From positions 64,001-128,000 of the forward strand of contig CAMTVK010000001.1 of NCBI GenBank assembly GCA_947085185.1: DNA of 64,000 nt, read 5' to 3'. The translations under genes were made by a program, and so were the position numbers. The stretch is from Candidatus Fraserbacteria bacterium. Its GTDB lineage: Bacteria > Bipolaricaulota > Bipolaricaulia > RBG-16-55-9 > DRXL01. Under the pieces are notes generated by a model. It worked only from the letters and a program-made list of their open reading frames with translations, searched no databases and had not been told where the DNA came from. The first letter of the stretch is position 1. Each line of letters starts with the position of its first letter. Shown here piece by piece: positions 58,847 to 64,000 of this stretch.

Positions 58847-59563
58847 ATGACCAAGCGCCTTGGTTTTATGAGCAATCTCATTGTTTGGATTGTGATTGTC
58901 GCGATTATTGGAGCCGGGGCGCTGATCGCGATCACTTGGATCTCGTCGCGTCCGGCTAAACCCCCCGCCCCCGTGCAAGCTCCACCAACACCATCACAGA
59001 GTCCCCCAGAGCAGCCGACCAAGGGTGTCGCTGACGCCCCCGTGACTATAGTAGAATTTGCTGAGTTCTACTGCCCCTACTGCGCACGGCATCTCTTCCA
59101 GACCTTCCCCAAGATCGACGCAGAGTATATTCAGAAGGGCCTGGTAAAGTATGTCTTTCATAATCTCATTGTGCATGGGGAGGTCGCCCAGTTAGCTGCA
59201 CAAGCGGGCGAATGCGCCCATGCCCAGGGGCACTTCTGGGAGTATCATGATCGTCTCTTTTACGTGATCTTTGAAGAAGGGAAGGGGTATCTGACCGAAG
59301 AAGACTTGAAAGCCCTAGCGCGTGAGCTGGGGCTGGACGAGGAGAGATTTGCGAGCTGTCTGCACTCTGACTGGGCCAAGGCTCAGATCGAAAAAGACCG
59401 TCAGGTCCTCAAAGATCTTTTAGCCCAAGTGCCGGAGGCCCAGAGGCCCCGCAGCATTGGGACGCCGCTCTTTTTTATCAACGGGCGTCCATTAGTAGGG
59501 GCATGGCCCTACGAGAAATTTCAGTCTATGATCGATGCGGAGTTAGTCAAGGAAGGGAAGTGA
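58847..59563 (+). CDS. Membrane-anchored DsbA/BdbD-like thioredoxin-fold protein
   Basis: N-terminal TM, G..DAPVTIVEF, CPYC, GTP.FFING. Confidence 0.88.
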   Translation: MTKRLGFMSNLIVWIVIVAIIGAGALIAITWISSRPAKPPAPVQAPPTPSQSPPEQPTKGVADAPVTIVEFAEFYCPYCARHLFQTFPKIDAEYIQKGLVKYVFHNLIVHGEVAQLAAQAGECAHAQGHFWEYHDRLFYVIFEEGKGYLTEEDLKALARELGLDEERFASCLHSDWAKAQIEKDRQVLKDLLAQVPEAQRPRSIGTPLFFINGRPLVGAWPYEKFQSMIDAELVKEGK

Positions 59564-59574
59564 GGGGGACTGCT

Positions 59575-59676
59575 ATGCTGACGGAATACATCCAGGCGGC
59601 TATGGACAAGGCGCGAAAGGATGGTGATCCGCTGCCGACCATCGAGGGCCTCAGCCTCGAAGTGAAGACTTCATGA
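59575..59676 (+). pseudogene. hicB: HicB-family antitoxin remnant (in-frame internal deletion, 33 aa)
   Basis: MLTEYIQAAMDKA fused to RKDGDPLPTIEGLSLEVKTS: both ends of a short HicB, middle missing. Confidence 0.7.
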
Positions 59677-59785
59677 AGCCTATCTCACGGCGGGAGTTGA
59701 TACGCAAATTGCGAGCTCTTGGTTTTGAAGGACCGTTCTGTTGCGCCAAGCGGGTATCGCTGAGGGAACATGGGAGCAAGAGTAG
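59673..59785 (+). pseudogene. hicA: HicA-family toxin remnant (internal deletion with frameshift)
   Basis: MKPISRRELIRKLRALGFEGPF, then in another frame LLRQAGIAEGTWEQE*; ATGA overlap with hicB. Confidence 0.75.
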
Positions 59786-59812
59786 GGTTCACTGAACAAA
59801 GGAGGTCTTGCT

Positions 59813-60961
59813 ATGCGAGAAGTCGTAATTGTTGGAGCGGTGCGATGCGCGGTCGGGAGGGCCGGCCGCGGTCTCTTGAGAGAGACACGCCCCGATGAGA
59901 TGGCTGCTGCCGTCTTGAAGGCCCTCATCGAGCGCACCGGTGTTGACCCCAAAGAGCTCGATGATATTCGTCTGGGCTGCGCTATGCCCGAAGCCGAACA
60001 GGGCATGAACGTCGCCCGAATTGCCCAGTTCTTGGCGAAGATCCCCGAGACCGTCCCCGCGTGCACGATCAATCGCTTCTGCGCTTCGGGGTTAGAGTCG
60101 GTCGTCAACGGGTGTTATGCGATTGCCTACGGCGATGCAGACTTAATTATCGCCGGCGGCGTCGAGTCTATGACTATGGTGCCGATGGGGGGCTACACCC
60201 CGCGCCCCAACCCGATCTTGGCCCAAGAGTTCCCCGAAGTCTACACCCCCATGGGGATCACTGCGGAGAATCTTGCAGAGAAATATAGAATCTCGCGAGA
60301 AGCTCAAGACAGATTTGCGTATGAGTCGCACATGAAGGCCGTGCGCGCGACTCAAGAAGGCCGTTTCACAGAAGAGATCGTACCCTTGACGGTGCGCCTG
60401 GAAGGCAAGACGATCACGCATACGGTTGACGAGACGATCCGGCCCGACACGACACTCGAAGCGCTGGCGCAGCTCAAGCCGGCGTTCAAGGAAGGGGGCA
60501 CGGTCACGGCGGGGAACTCGTCGCCGTTGACGGACGGGGCTTCGGCGGTGTTGCTCGCTTCGAAATGGAAAGCTCGGGCGTTGGGGCTCAAGCCCCTGGC
60601 GCGCTTTGTCTCTGCGGCAGCGGCGGGGGTGCGCCCGGAGATCATGGGGATTGGGCCGGTCTATGCGATACCGAAAGCTTTGGAGCGAGCCAAGCTCTCG
60701 CTCAAAGATATAGATCTCTTTGAGTTCAACGAAGCCTTTGCGGCCCAAGCGCTCGCGGTCATTCAAGAGCTCAATCTCCCCATGGAGAAGGTCAACGTGA
60801 ACGGTGGAGCGATTGCGCTGGGGCACGCGTTGGGGTCGTCGGGGTCGCGGCTCTTGACGACGCTGGTGCACGAGATGCCTCGGCGAGATGCACAGTTTGG
60901 TGTAGTGACGATGTGTGTTGGTGGCGGCCAGGGGATGGCTGCGGTCTTCGAGAGGGTCTAG
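59813..60961 (+). CDS. Acetyl-CoA C-acyltransferase (thiolase)
   Basis: TINRFCASG, NEAFA, GGAIALGH, MCVGGGQG. Confidence 0.95.
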   Translation: MREVVIVGAVRCAVGRAGRGLLRETRPDEMAAAVLKALIERTGVDPKELDDIRLGCAMPEAEQGMNVARIAQFLAKIPETVPACTINRFCASGLESVVNGCYAIAYGDADLIIAGGVESMTMVPMGGYTPRPNPILAQEFPEVYTPMGITAENLAEKYRISREAQDRFAYESHMKAVRATQEGRFTEEIVPLTVRLEGKTITHTVDETIRPDTTLEALAQLKPAFKEGGTVTAGNSSPLTDGASAVLLASKWKARALGLKPLARFVSAAAAGVRPEIMGIGPVYAIPKALERAKLSLKDIDLFEFNEAFAAQALAVIQELNLPMEKVNVNGGAIALGHALGSSGSRLLTTLVHEMPRRDAQFGVVTMCVGGGQGMAAVFERV

Positions 60962-60991
60962 AGAGCAAAAAAGAGAAGAAAGGAGCACATC

Positions 60992-63400
60992 ATGATGCGA
61001 GAGATTAAGACGGTTGCTGTCCTAGGAGCCGGGACGATGGGGGGAGGGATCGCGGCGCTTTTAGCCGGCGTCGGGATCAAAGTCCATCTCTTAGATATTG
61101 TCCCCAAAGAACTCACGCCCGAAGAGAAAGCCAAGGGGTTGACTCTGCAAGACCCCCTTGTGCGCAATCGCATCGCCAACGCTGGGCTTCAGAGAGCTCT
61201 CAAAGCCAGTCCTGCACTCTTCTATGATCCCAACGATGCCCAGCTCATCACCATTGGGAACACTGAAGATAACTTAGATCGCTTGGGAGAAGCTGACTGG
61301 ATCATCGAGGCCGTCTTCGAGAGACTCGACGTCAAGCGGGAGACGTTCGCCAAGATCGAGCAATTCCGAAAGAAAGACGCGATCGTCAGCTCGAACACGT
61401 CTGGGATCGCGCTCGCAGCTATCACTCAGAGATTGTCACCGGAGCTGAAGCGCCACACGCTCATCACGCACTTCTTCAACCCCGTGCGCTATATGAAGCT
61501 CTTAGAGATCGTCCCTAGCCCGGAGACCGATCAAGAGATCGTAGAGTTCATGATGGACTTCGCCGAGCGACGCTTGGGCAAGGGCGTCGTCTTAGCCAAA
61601 GACACCCCAAACTTTATCGCCAATCGCATCGGGATCTTCGGGATCTCTTATCTGCTCAAGGCCATGCAAGAAGAAGCGTATAAGATCGAAGAGATTGATG
61701 CGATCTTCGGGCCGGCGCTGGGCCGCCCCAAGAGCGCCGTCTTTCGGACCGTAGACTTAGTTGGGTTGGACGTCATGGCCGACGTGATGAAGAATATCTA
61801 TGAGAATCTCCCGCACGATCCGATGCGCGAGGTCTATCGCCTGCCCGATTTTGTCCAGAAGATGCTTGAGCGGGGGCTGTTGGGACGCAAGGCCGGCAAG
61901 GGCTTCTATCAAGAGAAGACGGTCAACGGCAGGCGCGAGTTCTGGGTCTTTGACTATAAGACTTTGGACTATCGTCCTCAGGAGAAGTTCGAGTATTCGT
62001 CGTTAGCGAAAGCAAGCCAGCAATCGAGCGTTGGGGAGAAGATCAAAGCCGTAGTCTATGCCGACGATCGTGCGGGGCGCATCGCGTGGAAGGTGCTCTC
62101 GGAGACGCTGCTCTATGCAGCTCGCCTCATCCCGGAGATCTCAGATAATATCTATTCTATTGACGACGCGATGAAGTGGGGGTTCAATTGGGAGCTTGGG
62201 CCGTTTGAGACCTGGGACGCTCTTGGAGTGAGGGAGTCCGTCGAGCGCATGAGGCGCGAGGGGAGAGAGATCCCAAAGATTGTGGAAGAGCTCTTGGCAC
62301 ATGGTGAGAGCTTCTATCAGAAGCGAGAGGGCAAGAGATTCTATTTTGATGTGCCAACGAAGAGCTATCGCGAGCTGCCGCGCCCGGCGGGCGTGCTCGT
62401 GCTCTCCGAGCTCAAGGAAGACACAAAGCGCGTGATCAAGGAGACTCCGGGAGCATCGTTGATAGATTTGGGTGACGGTGTGGCGTGCTTGGAGTTCCAT
62501 ACATACATGAACACCATAGACGCCGACGTCATCGAGATGCTCAGCGCATCGCTTGAAGAGGTGCGCACGCGCGGTTTTGTCGGCTTGGTGATCGGCAACG
62601 AGGGGCAGAACTTCTGTGTTGGTGCGAATATTGGGCTGGTCTTGGGAGCGATTCAGAGCCAAGCGTGGGAGCAGCTTGGGCAGATGGTGAAGGCGTTTCA
62701 AGACGCGAACATGGCGATCAAATACTTTGAGAAGCCCGTGGTCGCGGCACCGTTCAATATGACCCTAGGAGGCGGGTCGGAGATCGTCTTGCACTGTGCG
62801 CGGGTTCGCGCTCATAGTGAGCTGTATATGGGGCAAGTCGAGTTCGGCGTTGGCGTCATTCCTGCAGCTGGAGGGTGCAAGGAGCTGTGGGCACGACAGC
62901 TCGAGAACCTCCCCACAGACTCTCAGATTGATCTCTTCCCGTTCTTGCAGCGGGTCTTTGAGCTGATCGGCTTGGCGAAAGTCTCGACGAGTGCCAAAGA
63001 AGCGCGCAAGCTTGGGTTCTTGCGCCGCGACGACAAGATCACGATGAACAGGGATCGTCTGATCGCCGACGCCAAGAAGGACGTTTTGGCGATGGCGATG
63101 ATGGGATATGAACCGCCGCAGCCAAGAAGATTAAAAGTGACAGGGCGCAGCGGCTATGCAGCGTTGCAGATCGCGATCAAGAATTTTCAGTGGGCCAAGC
63201 GCATCACCGATCACGAGGCGCTGATGGCGCAGAAGCTCGCGTGGGTGCTGACGGGTGGGGATGTAGCACCGGGCACAGAGCTCACCGAGCAGCAGATGCT
63301 TGATTTAGAACGTGAGGCGTTCTTATCGCTTTGTGGGACGCCAAAGACTCAAGAGCGCATTCAGCACTTTCTCATGACAGGGAGGCCGCTGCGGAACTAG
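60992..63400 (+). CDS. fadN: 3-hydroxyacyl-CoA dehydrogenase/enoyl-CoA hydratase (FadN-like)
   Basis: GAGTMG, SSNTSG, HFFNP.RY..LLE, KDTPNFIANRIG, C-terminal crotonase-like domain. Confidence 0.9.
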   Translation: MMREIKTVAVLGAGTMGGGIAALLAGVGIKVHLLDIVPKELTPEEKAKGLTLQDPLVRNRIANAGLQRALKASPALFYDPNDAQLITIGNTEDNLDRLGEADWIIEAVFERLDVKRETFAKIEQFRKKDAIVSSNTSGIALAAITQRLSPELKRHTLITHFFNPVRYMKLLEIVPSPETDQEIVEFMMDFAERRLGKGVVLAKDTPNFIANRIGIFGISYLLKAMQEEAYKIEEIDAIFGPALGRPKSAVFRTVDLVGLDVMADVMKNIYENLPHDPMREVYRLPDFVQKMLERGLLGRKAGKGFYQEKTVNGRREFWVFDYKTLDYRPQEKFEYSSLAKASQQSSVGEKIKAVVYADDRAGRIAWKVLSETLLYAARLIPEISDNIYSIDDAMKWGFNWELGPFETWDALGVRESVERMRREGREIPKIVEELLAHGESFYQKREGKRFYFDVPTKSYRELPRPAGVLVLSELKEDTKRVIKETPGASLIDLGDGVACLEFHTYMNTIDADVIEMLSASLEEVRTRGFVGLVIGNEGQNFCVGANIGLVLGAIQSQAWEQLGQMVKAFQDANMAIKYFEKPVVAAPFNMTLGGGSEIVLHCARVRAHSELYMGQVEFGVGVIPAAGGCKELWARQLENLPTDSQIDLFPFLQRVFELIGLAKVSTSAKEARKLGFLRRDDKITMNRDRLIADAKKDVLAMAMMGYEPPQPRRLKVTGRSGYAALQIAIKNFQWAKRITDHEALMAQKLAWVLTGGDVAPGTELTEQQMLDLEREAFLSLCGTPKTQERIQHFLMTGRPLRN

Positions 63401-63413
63401 GGCGAACATCCCA

Positions 63414-64000
63414 TCACGCGATGACAATGCGCGCGTCTACGACGCGTGCCCCGCGCCCTCTCTCGAAGACTATCAGGGGGTTTATATCAAGCTCGACGAT
63501 CTCTTCCACTTGAGTGGCGAGCTGCGACAGCCGCGCCAAGCACTCCGCGAGCGCGTCTATATCCGAGGGCGGCTCGCCGCGAAAGCCCTCTAATATCTTA
63601 AAGCCCCGAATCTGCCGGATCATCCGGTGCACGCCAAGCTCCCGAATCGGCGCGATGCGAAACGTCACATCTCGCAGGGCTTCCACATAAATACCCCCAA
63701 GCCCAAACATCAACAGCGGACCAAAGAGCGGATCGCGCTTGAGCCCTAAGATCGTCTCCTTTCCCCCTTGGACAAATTCTTGGACAAAGACGCCCAGAAT
63801 CTGCACGCCGGGTTTCGCTCTTTGTACATCTGTGAGCATCTGGCGGAAACTCTCGCGCAGCTCGTGAGTGTTTTGTATGTTGAGCTTGACGCCACCCACG
63901 TCTACTTTGTGCGCGATCTGCGGCGAGACGACCTTGAGCACCACGGGGTAGCCGATCTCGTCGGCGGCCTTGAGGGTCTCTTCTTCAGTCTTGGCAAAGC
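63414..64000 (-). CDS. ADP-forming acetate/acyl-CoA ligase, C-terminal ATP-grasp part (runs off window end)
   Basis: IGYPVVLKVVSPQIAHKVDVGGV, DPLFGPLLMFGLGG, ELDINPL...VDAR. Confidence 0.9.
   Translation of the reverse strand, partial: FAKTEEETLKAADEIGYPVVLKVVSPQIAHKVDVGGVKLNIQNTHELRESFRQMLTDVQRAKPGVQILGVFVQEFVQGGKETILGLKRDPLFGPLLMFGLGGIYVEALRDVTFRIAPIRELGVHRMIRQIRGFKILEGFRGEPPSDIDALAECLARLSQLATQVEEIVELDINPLIVFERGRGARVVDARIVIA

Overview
GC-rich chromosomal region of an anaerobic bacterium. Gene content and order suggest Bipolaricaulota/Acetothermia, but that is inference, not a search result. 1-6.2 kb: a defence island abutting the 3' end of tRNA-Asn, with a broken hsdM, then hsdR-hsdM-GIY-YIG-hsdS (hsdS is partial and absent from the ORF track). 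6.5-17.4 kb: housekeeping and accessory genes (dnaB with a 142-aa mini-intein, HD protein, orphan IorA-like, a LTD-LTD-Ig-dockerin-TM-lipobox-cohesin surface protein, sua5, tRNA-Ala, RNase P RNA apparently lacking P18, DHS-like). 17.4-23.3 kb: hypF-hypC-(beta-barrel gene)-hypD-hypE. 23.4-58.8 kb: a complete same-strand Wood-Ljungdahl supercluster (cooC, cooF, FNOR, acsB/C/V, cooC2, acsD/E, cooS, DUF3786, tryptophanase/TPL-like lyase, NuoE + NuoF-GltD + FDH, folD, SSS transporter, hdrCBA-mvhD-metVF, fhs, acs, OFA-type MFS). The window ends with DsbA-like, a doubly deleted hicBA remnant, thiolase, FadN and a partial ADP-forming acyl-CoA ligase. Best leads: (i) four Wood-Ljungdahl promoters share tandem 14-bp boxes 22 bp apart at a fixed distance from the -10, a candidate unrecognised regulon; (ii) a single ORF seems to encode a dockerin-tagged cargo plus its own internally lipidated cohesin anchor; (iii) the FDH-associated NuoF-GltD fusion has a rewritten NAD-binding motif.
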